From the human T2T-CHM13v2.0 reference genome, Homo sapiens: a stretch of 64,000 nt of DNA. The stretch lies in assembly GCF_009914755.1 (NCBI RefSeq), contig NC_060942.1. The stretch is one strand, 5' to 3'. Under the pieces are notes generated by a model. It was given only the letters and a program-made list of their open reading frames with translations. It did not search any database and was not told where the DNA came from. Below are positions 1-15,476 of the stretch, piece after piece. Position 1 is the first letter of the stretch, and each line of letters starts with the position of its first letter. A program made the position numbers and the translations under genes.

Positions 1-765
1 TCTGTGTTCAGAATCACCAGAGAAATCAATTAAGATTTTGGTTCATTTTAAACATTGCAATTTTTGAAAGCCAAGATAATTCCAAATCTAATTAGGGAAA
101 GCTACATTTTACTTATTTGTGTAAGTTATTGGTGATTTATATGCAGTATGGACCATCCTCCCCCCAGAAATTATTCTTATATTCCAATTGTGCATTAGTT
201 TTAGAACCATTTTAATTTTAAAACCGTAAGCAAATAATTTTATGTTTGCCTATGTCCAGGAGCTGAAGAAATCAGCGATTACTTTAAAAAATATATGGCA
301 ATGTCAAAATAAATGCCAAGAATCATATTTCTAGGAATGCAAAAGTGCTTCTCATATACTCATATATTAGGTTTCACAGTATTGGTTGCTTACTATATTT
401 GTTTTTATTTTTATTATATATCATAATTACACATTTTTATTTGCATTTGTTGCTTATTGTAGTAAAAAGGTAAAAAAAAATGAACTTGTTAATGATTAGC
501 TTTTATTTGACTAACCAGTTGACCAATTTTGCTCTGTTTTCAAATTGCATATGATGGGGTATTATGCTGAAACTGCTAATATATTGGGTATTTATTGATA
601 CTTAGGAATAGTCAGTATTTATAAATATTTAAGAATGTCATGGTCCTTATGTTTTGATGTTTAAAATGTTCACTTTGTTGTACGCTACATAGTGTCTTAT
701 TCAAAATTGAAAATAATAAAGGTATTTCTAATAGATGTAGTTTTCATATGTCAGAGTGACTGTAT
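1..765 (+). terminator. Probable 3' UTR end and polyadenylation site of an upstream + strand gene
   Basis: Repeat-free AT-rich sequence with several ATTTA motifs, AATAAA at 715-720 and a GT/T-rich tract at ~736-763. TE-rich DNA starts soon after. Assignment to C18orf63 is only inferred from recalled position relative to FAUP1. Confidence 0.45.
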
Positions 766-902
766 AGGAATGGAAAGGCTTAGATAAATTACAAATTTCT
801 TTCCCTCTGTGGTTCCATTTCTTCACATACATTTGCTGCTGGACCCATGTAAACTACCTTAGGTCCTTAGTGCTTCACAGAACTTTTATTCTCAAAAGTC
901 CT

Positions 903-2070
903 TCATTCTTTCATTTGACACATATTTTAGTATTTGCTATGTGCAACCATTATTGTAGATACTTGAAATATATCTGTGAACACTGAAATTACATTCTAGC
1001 AGGCAGACACAGATGATAAGCATACGTAATTAAATTATATAATGCATTAGAAAATGGCAAGTACAGTGGAAAAATAAACAGAGTAAGGTAAGATAAATAG
1101 TAAGGGTAGGCTTCCTTGAGCAGAGACTTGAACGAAGAGAGGACATGGAGTTGTCATCTGAAGGATATGCTTCCCAGGCATAAGGAACAACCTGTGTGTT
1201 TGCAAAATGTTTCAGGGGGAGCCCAGGCCAGAGTAAAAGCAGCAGAGAGGAGGATTCGCTTTACCCTGACTGAAATGGGGTTGAGGCCAAAGAAGTGAAG
1301 TGATCTGACTTAGGTTTCAACAGGACCTTTCTGGCTGCTGTGTTATGAATAGACTTGGGGTGGGGGTGGGGGTGAGAAGAAACAGGGACACCAGTTAAGA
1401 ATGCAAGAAGTGGCCGGGCGCGGTGGCTCACGCCTGTAATCCCAGCACTTTGGGAGGCCGAGGTGGGCGGATCACAAGGTCAGGAGATCGAGACCATCCT
1501 GGCCAACACGGTGAAACCCCGTCTCTACTAAAAATACAAAAATTATCTGGGTGTGGTGGCACATGCCTGTAATCTCAGCTACTCAAGAGGCTGAGGCAGG
1601 AGAATCACTTGAACCTGGGAATCGGAGGTTGCAGTGAGCCAAGATCACCACTGCACTCCAGCCTGGTGACAGAGCAAGACTCCGTCTCAAAAAAAAAAAA
1701 AAAAAAAAAAAGAATCCAAGAATCAGATGGCAATGATGGCTTGCAGCACTGTGGTGGAAGCAGAGAGTATGAGAAGTGGGGATTCTGAAGGGTAGAGCCC
1801 ACTGGCTTGGGGATTTGAGAGAAAGGTGTCTAAGATGGCACCAAAATTATTGGCTCACTTGGAAGCATGGGGTTACCATCAACTGGGATGAGGAGTGGGT
1901 TTTGGAGTAGGAAGAGGTCTGGGAATTGACCATGGGGTTTCACACATGGGGACCACTGTTACCCTGAGGAGCAGTTTCCGTGGAGTGATGTAGAAGCCCG
2001 ACTGGAGTGGATCTAAGAGAGAAGGGAGACCAGAATTGGAAATCGCAAGAACAGACAGCTCCTTAGAGAA
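903..2070 (-). mobile_element. Old L2 LINE fragment interrupted by an Alu
   Basis: Begins with the antisense L2 3' signature (ttcattctttcatttgacacatatt...gctatgtgc), followed by purine-rich degenerate L2-like body. Boundaries approximate. Confidence 0.6.
1412..1711 (+). mobile_element. Full-length Alu (AluSc-like)
   Basis: GGCCGGGCGCGGTGGCTCAC start, A5TACA5-type linker, A23 tail, imperfect TSD aagaatgcaagaa/aagaatccaagaa. Confidence 0.97.
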
Positions 2071-3179
2071 GAGTCATCAGTGGACTTTTCTAAATCCTTA
2101 TTTTCATTTTCCCCTAAATATCATTGCTTTTGATTATATCCTTCTTTAAATGCTGTTCTCCCATGGCCGTTATAGTCTTACATCTCTGGGTGCATTTTTT
2201 CAGTCTCCTTTACTGACTGGCATTAAGTACCCCAGGGACCTTGAAGGAAGAACACATTTGGGTCACAGGAGAAATGGGAAGAAGGCCATTCCAAAGAGAA
2301 AGACTACAATGAGCAGAGGTATGAAGATGCATGTGTGTTTAGGGAGCAGTGGATGCCGATTCTGGTGTGTTTAGCATGAGCTTCATGTTGGGACCAGAAT
2401 GACTGCAGAAGAAACTGGAAGATTGTCCCGGGCCAGGGCCATGAAGTCATATGGAGACTTTCAGAAAACAAATCCAGAGGGCGGAGATAGAAAATCACCC
2501 CAGGGACACACCCAGAAATGGCAGCTCCTGGAAAGCTGAGAGCACCGGGTGCTATAGAGGTGGAGGCAGAGATGAAGCTACATTTTCAAGCTTGAGTCGC
2601 TGCAAGGAGAGTATTGCTTCTTAAAAACAGAAAATGAAGGCGTGGTAGGAAGCAATGCTAGCAGATAGATGCCTGGTTTATGTGTTACAAACTGGGTTGG
2701 TGGCATTAGCGGAAGACCCTGGGAAAGGTAACCAATCACTGAGACTGAATATCAGGAACTGTCAGCATTTGGGGAGTCATCCACATAGACGTGTCAGCTG
2801 GAGGTGTGTGTGCGAGTGCTGGGAGTGAAGCGCAACTGATGCTGGCGGAGTAGGGAGGGAGGAAGGAGGACGGAGACAGTCGGCTCGAGTCAGAAAGCAG
2901 AGGTTGTTAGGTCAGGGAGGCCGGGGAGAAGGGAGCGTCAGCAGCCCACAGTGTCAAGTGCGGTGAAAAGCCCAGGAAAAGGACTTGAGAAGACATGAGG
3001 GGACTTAGTCTCTGAGGGGGTCCGGATGGCCACCACAACCCAAACTCAGGTCCTGAAGACATGAGAGGTGGTCGGGCATGGAGGAGACGAGTGTCCGAGG
3101 CCTCTACGAGAAGCTTGGCTGTGAGGCAGCACAAAGAAAGATCAAAGGAATCTTTGTGATGTGAAGCAAATGGATAGAC

Positions 3180-3910
3180 AATTTATTATATAATTTATAA
3201 TTATATATTTATATATAATTTATAATTATATATTTATATATATTTATAATTATATATTTATATATATTTATAATTATATATTATATATAATATGATTATA
3301 TATTATATATAATATAATTTATAATTATATATTTACATATAATATAATTTATAATTATATATTTACATATAATATAATTTATAATTATATATTTACATAT
3401 AATTTATAATTATATATTTACATATAATTTATAATTATATATTTACATATAATATAATTTATAATTATATATTTACACATAATATAATTTATAATTGTAT
3501 ATTTACATATAATATAATTTATAATTATATATTTATACATAATATAATTAATATTATATATGCATATATTATATAATTTGTAATATATGCATATATTATT
3601 AATTTATAATATATGCATATATTATATAATTTATAATATATGCATATATAATATAATTTATAATATATGCATATATTATATAATTTATAATATATGCATA
3701 TAATATAATTTATAATATATGCATATAATATAATTTATAATATATGCATATATTATATAATTTGTAATATATGCATATATTATATAATTTGTAATATATG
3801 CATATATTATATAATTTGTAATATATGCATATATAATTTGTAATATATGCATATATTATATAATTTGTAATATATGCATATATTATATAATTTATAATTT
3901 ATATAATTTA
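3180..3910. repeat. AT-rich low-complexity minisatellite
   Basis: ~730 bp almost entirely A/T, built from ~20-28 bp units (TATAATTTATAATTATATATTTA, then ...TTTACATATAA, then ATATGCATATATTATATAATTTGTA). Confidence 0.95.
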
Positions 3911-5544
3911 GCCAGGAAATTCAAAAATACCTAGTGAGAATATAAAAATAGGTAGGATTTTTCCATTTTAACCTTTTCCCCTATGATTTTTTAAATCTGG
4001 GGAATCTGCTACCACTTAATATTAACAGAAGAAAACTCATAAATAGTTTATTGAAGAGTAATATGACTGAATTTTTAAATATTACATATATTTTTACTCT
4101 TGTTTTCTGCAGTAAAATTTTTTCTAATTTCCATAAAAAATAAAATGCATTAATGTTTTATTGTATTCCACAAAGATCATCCTGATTACTAATATATATA
4201 TATTCATTGTACTATGAAATCCCTGAATTTAAAAATACTCAAGAAATGTTTTGCTATTTGCATTCAAAGGTTATATATTATACACTTTGATACTATGAAA
4301 TTATATAGAGAGTATACACACAATATTTTAAATTTTGTTCCACTAGCTTCTTTCCAAAGCATCGAAAGGAATTATTTCTACTTAACAGCCTGTATTCCTT
4401 GCATAAGAAGTACAAATCTGCAGTCATCCTCAAGGAGAAAATTGGCAAAACATAATTGTTGTGTGGTTTATTCTATATCTACTTCACCACTAAAATAATT
4501 TTGAAATAAAATCTTCAAATCTCTGAAGAACATGAGTTAAGCTGCCTTAAAATAAAGTCCTGGGTCAGTGCTTAGAGGGAACACACATCAGTATAATCAT
4601 TTAGCTAAAATGAATAACATAATGGAATTTTATAAACAAACTGTTTAAACCATTATGGAGTCTTTTTTTTTATTCTCCTGATAACTCACAGAACAACAGT
4701 TTTATTTCTGAGAATAAAAATTTTATACAAATTTTCAAATTCATTTCTAGTTCTGCTATTTACCAATATTGCCATACTGAAACAAATAAGCATATTAAGC
4801 AATATATAAATATATTAAGCAAAGAGAGCCTCACTACCTTCTTTTCCTCTTTAGTTCTAAACTCTTGTTTAGGTCTGAATCAGAATTTGAAAACTAACGG
4901 CTTTCTGCTGGGGCCATTGGCAGCCTAGGTTATTCAAATTTGCCTCTCATGGACCACAGCTCATCATGACGGATTTTTTAAAGTTTATAGAAACATCAAA
5001 GAACCAAAATAATATAAGGAATTACCTGTCTAAAACCAAAAAGGTAAGCAGAAACCAAAATGAATTTTGCTCTGAGAAGATTTGATAACCTAGATTTGAA
5101 GCTGAGCTGCAGTTCTGATGATGCCGAGGAGTGAGGGGAACAGAAACAGAGAAGTCCAGGGCCCACCAAAGATGGCAGTCTCCCCAAAGCTGCCCACCAA
5201 TCCCAGCCGCACACACATTTTGCTGGGTCCCTGAAGGGCTGTACCCTCAGAGTAAACCTAAGCCACAAGTCACCAGCTCCACTCCCTCCACCCGCAGGAC
5301 ACCATGGGGGTCTGTTGCCTTGGTGCTGAGTAAAGCAGGGGAAAAGCATCCCTGAAAAGACCCCCTCATCATCCCTGGTGGATTTCAGCCTATATTCATA
5401 TCACCAACGTGATCCAGGAAACCTCAAACCAAGTATTTAGTTTAAAATAACATCAGAAATATCAAAAACTTTAGGGAGAAAAATGAAACTTTATCCAGTG
5501 GCATTAAAGGAAATCAAAGTAAATGGAGAACTCTGTTACGTTCA

Positions 5545-5849
5545 TAGATTAGTCTTGGAGATGTGGATGTAACTCATTCCAGAGATGAGAGTGAGCAAGG
5601 AGAGTGTTTATTAGCAAACAGTGGCACTTTTTCCTGCTGAACTTAAACCGTCAGCTGCTGTCTTGGCAGTGTGAAACTGGGATCAACACAAAAAAGATGA
5701 TAACTCGTCCCAGTGATGTCTGAGTCCCAGTGAAACAGTGCTTGAAGCCAGCTCTTCAGTCTTGGGGACAAAAAATTTCCCTTTGCTTTTCAGCTGGTTC
5801 ATGTTGGGTATTACTGACTCTTGTGACTCAAGGAGTCATAATCAGTACA
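5545..5849 (+). mobile_element. Degenerate MaLR (MLT1-type) LTR fragment
   Basis: 3' end resembles old MLT1 termini (ttccctttgcttttcagctggttcatgttgggt...actcaaggagtcataatcagtaca). Confidence 0.4.
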
Positions 5850-6135
5850 CACCCTAATTATAAAGAGTTTATACAGAAAAATGTAAAGAAGGAAATTCAA
5901 AATCATCACCCCAAACCCCACCACCCCAAAATAATCATTGTCAACATATTGGCATTCTTCCCTCTAGATTTTCATGGGTATGTGTATAAACCTATATTTA
6001 TTCTTACAAAATTCCCGTCATACTGCCTGTTTTGTACCCTGATTTGTTTCAGTTAACATTGTTTTATATAACCCTCATTTGTTGAATATGCTTCAAAAAA
6101 TTATTTTAAGAAATGTATAAGTTTCCAATATGTGA

Positions 6136-6484
<349 letters not shown>

Positions 6485-7412
6485 TAGCTATTAGCAGAAA
6501 TTTAGTAAACCATTTTTGACTCCTGGGACTCTATTCTATTATGAGCATTGAGGATACAGAAATAAAAATCCCCATAGTCAAAGGGCGCCTCGTGGGTTAG
6601 GGACCAGCCATTCTGACTCGAATGAAACCCGCGCCATCTGTGTAGGGAGAAGCACAGGGTCTGTGTCCACTGTCTACGTGACTCTTCTTTTATATCTGCT
6701 ATTGCTAGGAAAAAACTAGGAATAATTATATAACCTTACTAGGTGAATCCTTTATTTTCAAAAAAAAAAAAAAAAGTGATACTACTTTAGCCAATAGCGT
6801 TTCATCACAGTGGCAAATTAATGAGCTTACAGCAACTAAGATCTACCAGAATTCTTTCTACTTTGAAAAGCTAACAAAAAAAGAAATACAAACTAAGTAA
6901 AATGCGCCACCTTTAGAAATTTTTTTAGTTAGGAAATAAGAGTTTATATAATTTGCAGATACTCATCTTGGCCCTGAATTTTTTTATTTCTGTTTTTATT
7001 CTATGAAACATTTTAAAATTTGTACAGTTGCTTTTCAAGGTCACAAAAGTATAGCTTTTTGATCAGTATTATTTATAACAAATTCTGAAAAAATACATAT
7101 AATAATATGTTAAATTGTACTATATTTTATAATTAAAGGCACTTTCACTACAATTTTCCATTGTTATTCCTCACAATATCTTGAGGTTATTATTTTCATT
7201 GATGAGATAAAAAAAATTGATGTGGAAAGAATTTATAAAATGTGCTCAAAGTCATACAACCAACTACGTGATAATGCTAAGGCTGGAACCCAGATTTTCA
7301 GACTGTTAGATTTTTACTTTTAGATGGTGATGGCTCCTGACCTTCTAAAAGGGTGACATTCACAAAAAAGTAAGTTAGCCTTTGCTGAGCCAAGTAAAGA
7401 ATAAGAATCCGG

Positions 7413-7924
<512 letters not shown>

Positions 7925-9097
7925 TTAAAGTAAGAAAAATAAAGGGTTACAAATGGAAAGGAGGCCTGGCAGGTGGGGGGTCTCTGACCACAGCTGAGGA
8001 ACAGGGGCCTCCACTGTCCAATCTGCTGTCCAACAAGCTGAGCTCTTTTCGCCCTGGAGTGGGGGGATCCTGTTTTTGTTATTGATAAATTCTGGTCGTC
8101 TTTTGGACAGCCGCTTGCAGGGGAGAGATCCAGCACGATTCCAAGGAAATGTATTTCCTTTTTTGGAAGTTTAGAAAGTGGAACAAGAAATGATTGTCTT
8201 CCAGATCCATTACTTATGTAGGAAAATGTGTCTATTAATAAGGAAATTCTTCACAAGATGGAAATCACTTCATATAATGGTAAGACTATAAAATGCTTTC
8301 CTGAGATAGTATTGCAATTTTTAACTTCTGAGTGAATTGAAAAGTCCTAGAAATAAACAGAATTCTCAGAAAATGTGGTTGCCAACCAATACACCCACAG
8401 CTTAGTAGAACTAGATTGTAAGCCTCACATATGACCTGCTGTGGCATGAAATGTAATCATATGAGGCTATTAGAGAAGTTCATACTATACATGGTTAGTG
8501 ATAAGAACGCGAATTGAGCTGTGATCTTAGGTCTGCAGCTGGCTTGCATGGCTTTTACTTTGAGGGCCTCTTTTTAAAAAAATCAACTCATGTGAGTTCC
8601 AGAAAATAACAATAGCTCATACTCTCTGTTTCCAATTTAGTTTAACAGATATCCACATAATGAAGATGCTGAGAGATAGACCTGAGGACAAAGAGTGGTG
8701 AAGGAAGCTCCATGATGGAGCTACTTGTGACCCACGGGAATCTAAGGTATTACTATTTTATGTGTCTTCTTCAGGATTAACTAGAGAACAAGAGTACACC
8801 AGAAAACTATTCCTTTCCTCACTTGAAAAGCAAATGCAAGTTGTTACACTGCGCAATAGGAAGCACTATGAAGAAAGAGCCAGGACCGAGCATATCTTCA
8901 ATTTTAAAGGGAGGGGGAAATGCCCCCCTCCAAAAATTAAGTGACTCAGAAAAGCAGGAGATAGTCACCAAAAAGTTTGATTGTTTAAGAATGGATGGGG
9001 GAACAGAATTCACAGCTATGGTCAGTATTGAAAACGGGAAACATGGATAGATGGGAGGCAAGTCCACCCAGCATCTTATTAATCACAGCAGGGTTAC

Positions 9098-9285
9098 TGC
9101 GGGCCTCCAGGATGGCTCCCACGGAGTCCCACCTTCCTCTGCGTGTGGCCTGTGTCATCTGTTCCCATAGCCAAGCCTCAATCAAATCCCTGGCCCACAG
9201 AAACAGCAAGGAATAAATATTCACGGCTGTTTTCGGCCACTGGATGTTGGGGTTAATTTGTTACATGGCAATAGATAACTAACAC
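9098..9285 (+). mobile_element. MLT1-type MaLR LTR 3' fragment
   Basis: Ends with the MLT1 terminus ...gccactggatgttggggttaatttgttacatggcaatagataactaacaca. Confidence 0.6.
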
Positions 9286-9981
9286 AGTGGTGCAGTGTAG
9301 GAACAAGGTCAAGAACCAGGGTTTGCAAGCAAAATGGCTAGGTAAGCCCTTGAGAACAGTCATATGAAAAATATGAGAAAATGTCTGGCAAATTAGACTG
9401 TGCAAATTAGACTGGGCTCACTCTCACCTCACTTTGCATAGGAGGAGAACAAAGCTCTGAAGCCTTACTACCCAAAACAGATTCCTCAGAAACTCTGGGG
9501 AAACCTGTGTTCTTACCAAGTCCACCCACTCCATGGGAAACACTGATCTAACTGTTATCTCAAGATTGGGAAATGACAAAATGCCAGGGCTTCTTTCCCC
9601 AGTTAACTCCCCCCAGTGTTGCTAACATACAAGAGCCTGGTCAACCTGAGTCAGGGTTAGGTGCCCCCTTCCCAGTACCCTGTCTTTTCCCTTTCACGGG
9701 ACTTTCTTGGTTTTGTAATTGCCCTTTTACTTCTCTCTGGGCCGTGCTGGCCTCCTGAGCCAGTCCTGGGTGGCAGGAGCCATGTGGTATTGCCATGCCT
9801 GGCAGCCTGGAAAGAAAGCCAAGGCTGTGAGAGGCAAGGTGACCTCTGCCTGAGGTCAGTTCAGCAGGCCGGTGACACACAGAGCAAGAATCGGATCTTT
9901 CAATGCTTAGCGCGGTATTCTCCCTGCTAAGCCACACAGTATGTCGCTACTTTCAAGAAGTGTTTAAAAACACGTGATCTA

Positions 9982-10479
<498 letters not shown>

Positions 10480-12294
10480 TTAAAGGAAGGACCTAGAAGG
10501 CACGTTCACATGGTCATTTTCATGGGTGTCAGCAGTCTCCGCTGTATGTACATACAACTCCTTTGAAAACCTTTCTTCAGATTAGTAGCTCTCCGTCTTT
10601 TCTGTCCTTCCTTGTTCCCATGTAAACTCACTTCTCACTTCACTCAGGGGTGACCGAGGCTTTGAGGGCAGTGCCTGGAGCTGATCTATTTGAAAAGCCG
10701 CTCCTGAAGTTAGCTGTATAGTCAGGGAGTGCCTTCCCCACTTCTCCTCTGTTGTCCTCGGGAATCACTCTTAATCGGCTTGGGCCAGTGCCCTGAAATC
10801 TTCCTAGTTTACAGCACTGAGAACTTTTTGAGAAACAAGCGTAAACACTCCTCAGTTATCAGCAGAGATGATTGGCCCTCAGAGATTGTGATCAAGGATC
10901 CAAAGTCCATCGAGCAGTAACACATTTTCCTGCCAATCCCCAGTCCCCAGCCAGGCAGTTGTTTTGCAGGCGGGGAAGCCGGGGGACTGACAGAGCCCCC
11001 GACGCACGTGGCCATGTGATCCACCGCCTCAGAAGGTCCCCAGGAAATGTGGTAAACTTGCTACGGCTCCCAGTGTAAATGACAGCTAATGGTTACAACT
11101 GAGATTTTTATGGCTTATCTATAAAACAAAGAACTTTTATATATTGTAAAATTGAGTAAGCTTGGTATTTCCCAGAGCAATAAATTCAGCCATTTTCCTC
11201 CCAAGAACTTTAGGACTTTGTAAACCAAAGTAAACCACACTATGTACAAGGCTGTGGAGATGAAACAAAGGAAAGTATTTTTAGTTAAATTTCTCTTTAA
11301 CCAGATTTACCACATTTCATTACTTTTCTGCCTACTATTGCTCTGTGGTCCCTAAGGAAATAAGTAGATGAAATTGAGAATAAAAACAACATAAAGGAGG
11401 ATATTCAATACCCCAGGTTGCATATAGTCAATCGGGTCACACAATGATTAAATTTAGCTCTAGTTAACCTGATTTCAAGTGCGGTTCCATTCTGGGGCTC
11501 TGAGAAACAGAATACTTACTCTAAATTATCAGAAAATATTTATATTGAAACATATGGTTTTGAGTTTCCCTGCCGGATAGGAATACTAACACACAGCAGG
11601 CAGGTTCTACTTTCAGGGATCACTGAACATGGCATTTGCCATCAACTTCACAACTTTATTTGGCCAAGGAGAACATCAACCAGCACTCCTTGCTGCTCAC
11701 CTCTTCACAGACCTGTGTACACACACACACCTCCCCTATCTGTAGCATCTTGGCCCTGTCGTGTCTAGGAAAGAATATAGATTTCCATTGTCTTATGGGA
11801 ACTGTGACATTTTGACAGGCAGCTCCATTTAGATTTAGTCCTCCAAAATTTTGCCAGCCTTGAATGTGTTGTAACATTGTTTGGAGAGAGGCTCCAAATT
11901 GTGGAAAATCTGTGTAAGTCAAGAGAAAGAATTTTCAGACACTTAAAGCTGATGATATAACCAGGCTGTGTAATTTCTTCCTGGGGAAAGGGAGGGGTGG
12001 GGTTTCCAAATCAGATTGGTTCTCTCTTGCCTGAACTGGTTTTAATTAAATAGTAATTCTGCAAGGAGAGTATGGAGATGCCCCAGATGTCCCCTCAAGA
12101 TTCTGTCAAGCCTGCCTGCGGTTGACTGAGTCACAGGACACAGAACAGAAAGGGATCTTCCTCCTTGTGAGCCCAGCGCCTTCACTTGTCAGGGAGGGAG
12201 CTGAAATATGAGGATGCTATGCTGTTCCCACTCACACAATGATTATGAGCAAATACCACTATGTCACTTGGTATATTTCCATCTTCCCCTTGTT

Positions 12295-12800
12295 TCTTTT
12301 AAAAAAATTTTATTGTGAAGAATATAATGGATTCAAAAGAGTTCATGCAGTCATGTGTACAACTGAAAGAATAATAGTGAATAATAATGAAACAGAGACC
12401 TTGCACTCTCACCCAGGCTGAGAGACAGACCCCCGCAGGAACTTCAGAAGCTTCCTAAGAGCTCTTCCAGGGGTCGCCCTTGCTTTTCTTTAGAGTTTCA
12501 CCACTGATGTATCCATCTCTATACAGTACATCGGAATGTCATCTAAATGGACTCAATACTGTATGTGTTTTTCTGTGACTTTTTTCTTTTTCTCAACATT
12601 ATGTTTTGAGGTTCAACCCTGTCAATGCCTTAGTTGTAGTTTATCCATTTTCATTTAGATATACAGTCTCATCATATGAATCTACCATAATTTATCTAGT
12701 CCACTATTGAAGGAATTTGGATCATCCCCAGTTGTCATTTGTTTGTTTTTGTTTGTGTGTGATTTGCATATGTGTAAGTTTCTCTGGACCCTAGAGGTGA
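12295..12800 (-). mobile_element. Old L1M(E) 3' fragment
   Basis: Antisense L1 3' UTR-like motifs (ttctgtgact...ctcaacattatgttttgaggttca; ataccataatttatctagtcc). Confidence 0.55.
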
Positions 12801-12829
12801 AAGTGAAGGGAGAACCACCTTTAAATTGA

Positions 12830-14160
12830 AGTGGCATTTGAGCCGAGTCCCCAGTGGTAAGAAAGAGGCAGCCATATGAACAGAGCAGAATGTTCCAAAC
12901 AGGAGCGACGCGTGCCAAGGCTGCGGTGAGAAACTTGGGGTGCTAGAGGAAGAGCAAGAAGGCCCGAGTGGCCAGTGTGTCGGGAGCCCATGGGAAAGCC
13001 GTAGAGATGAGATCTAAAAGGCAGACAGACGCAAGATCACGCAGGCCAGTCAAGGCTGGATGCAGTGAGTGGAGTACAGGGGCTATTCTGGGTGACATGT
13101 AGTGAACCGATTATGCATGTACAAAACAGAAGGCAGGAGGACCATGAGGAGGCTGTTGAAATAATACAGGCAACATGCAATGGTGGCTTAGATAAGATGA
13201 GCTGGAGGTGGAGAGATGAGAACGAACACAATTTTTTGGAGAGAGAGAGATGCATTTGTTGCTGGGTTGGACATGAAGCGTGAAAAAAAAAAGAGAGCAA
13301 TTGAGCTTGAGTCCTGCATTCTTCCTGCCTTGAGAAACCAGGTGGCTGTCATGGTGGGTACTGGAGATGCAGAAGGCTAGGGGAAAGACAGAGGTGTTTT
13401 AGAGATATGAGGAAAATAAAACTTTTGTGTTAGCGATGTTAGGTTTGAGATGCGTAATAGACACCCAGAGAATACCTCTGAGAAAGGTCTGGGTTGGAGA
13501 AGTCAGCTTGGCATCATCAGCAGATCACTGGTAGTTAAAGCCATGGGAGAAAATAAGATTACCCTGGGAATGTCTAGAAAAGAAGAGGTCCAAAAGGAAA
13601 CCCTAAAGTACCCTCAACAGTTTTTAGACAAGATGAGGGAGAAAAGCCAGCAGAGGATGCAGGGGTGAGAGGAGAGGCAAAAGGGTTGGGGTGACAGAAG
13701 CCAGGAGCTGAGAGTGTGTCTGGAAGGATGGTTTGCTCTACTGAATGCTGCCAACGGGCTAGAGAAGATGAGGACAGAGGCGTGGATCTGATCAGCAATG
13801 GTTGGTAAGCTCACAGAAAGCAGTTTTAATTCAGGGGTAGATGATATACCTGGTCAGCGTGCATGGGAGTGAATACTGGGTAAGGAAGTGGGGACTGTAA
13901 CCAAGATCAGATCTTCCCATAATAAGTGTAGCTTTCAAGGGAGCCAGAGATATCAGTGTAAAGCTGGAAGGGAATGCAGGGTGAGACGAGGGCTTTTGTT
14001 CATTTATGATGGAAGCTATTAGAGAATGTGTGTGCAGATGGGAAGAATTCATGGGAGAGAGAGACATTGATGGAGCAGGAGAGAACGTGACTAACTGCAG
14101 GGATGAGGTCCTTGAGAAAGCAAAAGATGACCCAGAACACAAGAGGGGAAGGTGACCTGT
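12830..14160 (-). mobile_element. L2 LINE fragment
   Basis: Long purine-rich degenerate antisense L2 body (gaggctgttgaaataatacagg...gatgttaggtttgagatg...gtagttaaagccatggga). Confidence 0.65.
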
Positions 14161-14277
14161 GATTCAAGCCGAGATGCTCACACAGAGTAATTTATATTAG
14201 TAAAAAATAGGAGCAACCTAAATGTGCAACAATAGAAAAATTGTTGTTTAAATAGTTATAGCATATCCACAAAATAG

Positions 14278-14589
<312 letters not shown>

Positions 14590-14727
14590 AAAAATCACTT
14601 TTTTGGGTTATGATGTATGTGAAAAAAGTAATGTACAAAAAAATTTTAATTTTGAAAAGAAAAATACACATCTGTCTGTATATGTATAAAAAGTTATGAA
14701 AAGAAATGCAACAAGACATTCCCAATG

Positions 14728-15006
14728 GGCTGGGCGCAGTGGCTCATGGGAGGCCGAGGTGGGCAGATCATTTGAGGTCAGGAGTTTGAGACTAGCTTGA
14801 CCAACATGGTGAAAGCCGCCTCTACTAAAAATACAAAAATTAGCCCAGCATGGTGGTGGGCACCTATAATCTCAGCTGCTTGGGAGGCTGAGGCAAGAGA
14901 ATTGCTTGAACCTGGGAGGCGGAGGTTGCAGTGAGTTGAGATCATGTCATTCCACTCAAGTCTGGGCAACAGAGCAAGACTCTGTCTCAAAAAAAAAAAA
15001 AAAAAA
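14728..15006 (+). mobile_element. AluS with ~20-bp left-arm deletion
   Basis: GGCTCA|TGGGAGG junction lacks CGCCTGTAATCCCAGCACTT; TSD aagacattcccaatg/aagacattaccagtg. Confidence 0.95.
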
Positions 15007-15404
15007 GACATTACCAGTGGGTATTTTGTGTATTATTTTGGGTGACCCATTTTTAAATACTTTTAAAAAGTGTCCAAATTTTCCATAATGAATATGAATT
15101 ATTTGTATTATCAAGGAAAAAATCATTCATATTATTGTTTTTTTAAAAAAGGTGGCACGAGGCACGGCATTTTGCCGTCAAGCCAGATAGCTATTTCCTT
15201 TTGTTTGATATGTGCAGATACCACAGGAGTGATAGTGTTAAATTTAGGTTAATTCCACTTTGATTTTCTCGTCTTATTCTTACCTTATCTGTTTTATCTC
15301 CTTTGTGGCTTTAGGCCTGTTTCACTCAGAGACGTCACGTTATGGCTTGTGCTGTTTCTAGGGCACTAGGTAAGCACCCACATCCTTTTGAACATGCGAA
15401 GCTA

Positions 15405-15476
15405 ATACATATGTAACAAACTTGCACGTTGTGCACATGTACCCTAAAACTTAAAGTATAATTAAAAAAAAAAAAA
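15405..15476 (+). mobile_element. Very short L1PA 3' terminus with poly-A
   Basis: ATACATATGTAACAAACTTGCACGTTGTGCACATGTACCCTAAAACTTAAAGTATAAT plus A-tail matches the end of young primate L1PA elements. Confidence 0.9.

Noticed and set aside
11983-12002. Canonical G-quadruplex motif GGGGAAAGGGAGGGGTGGGG
   Set aside because: Real motif but very common genome-wide, with no supporting context.
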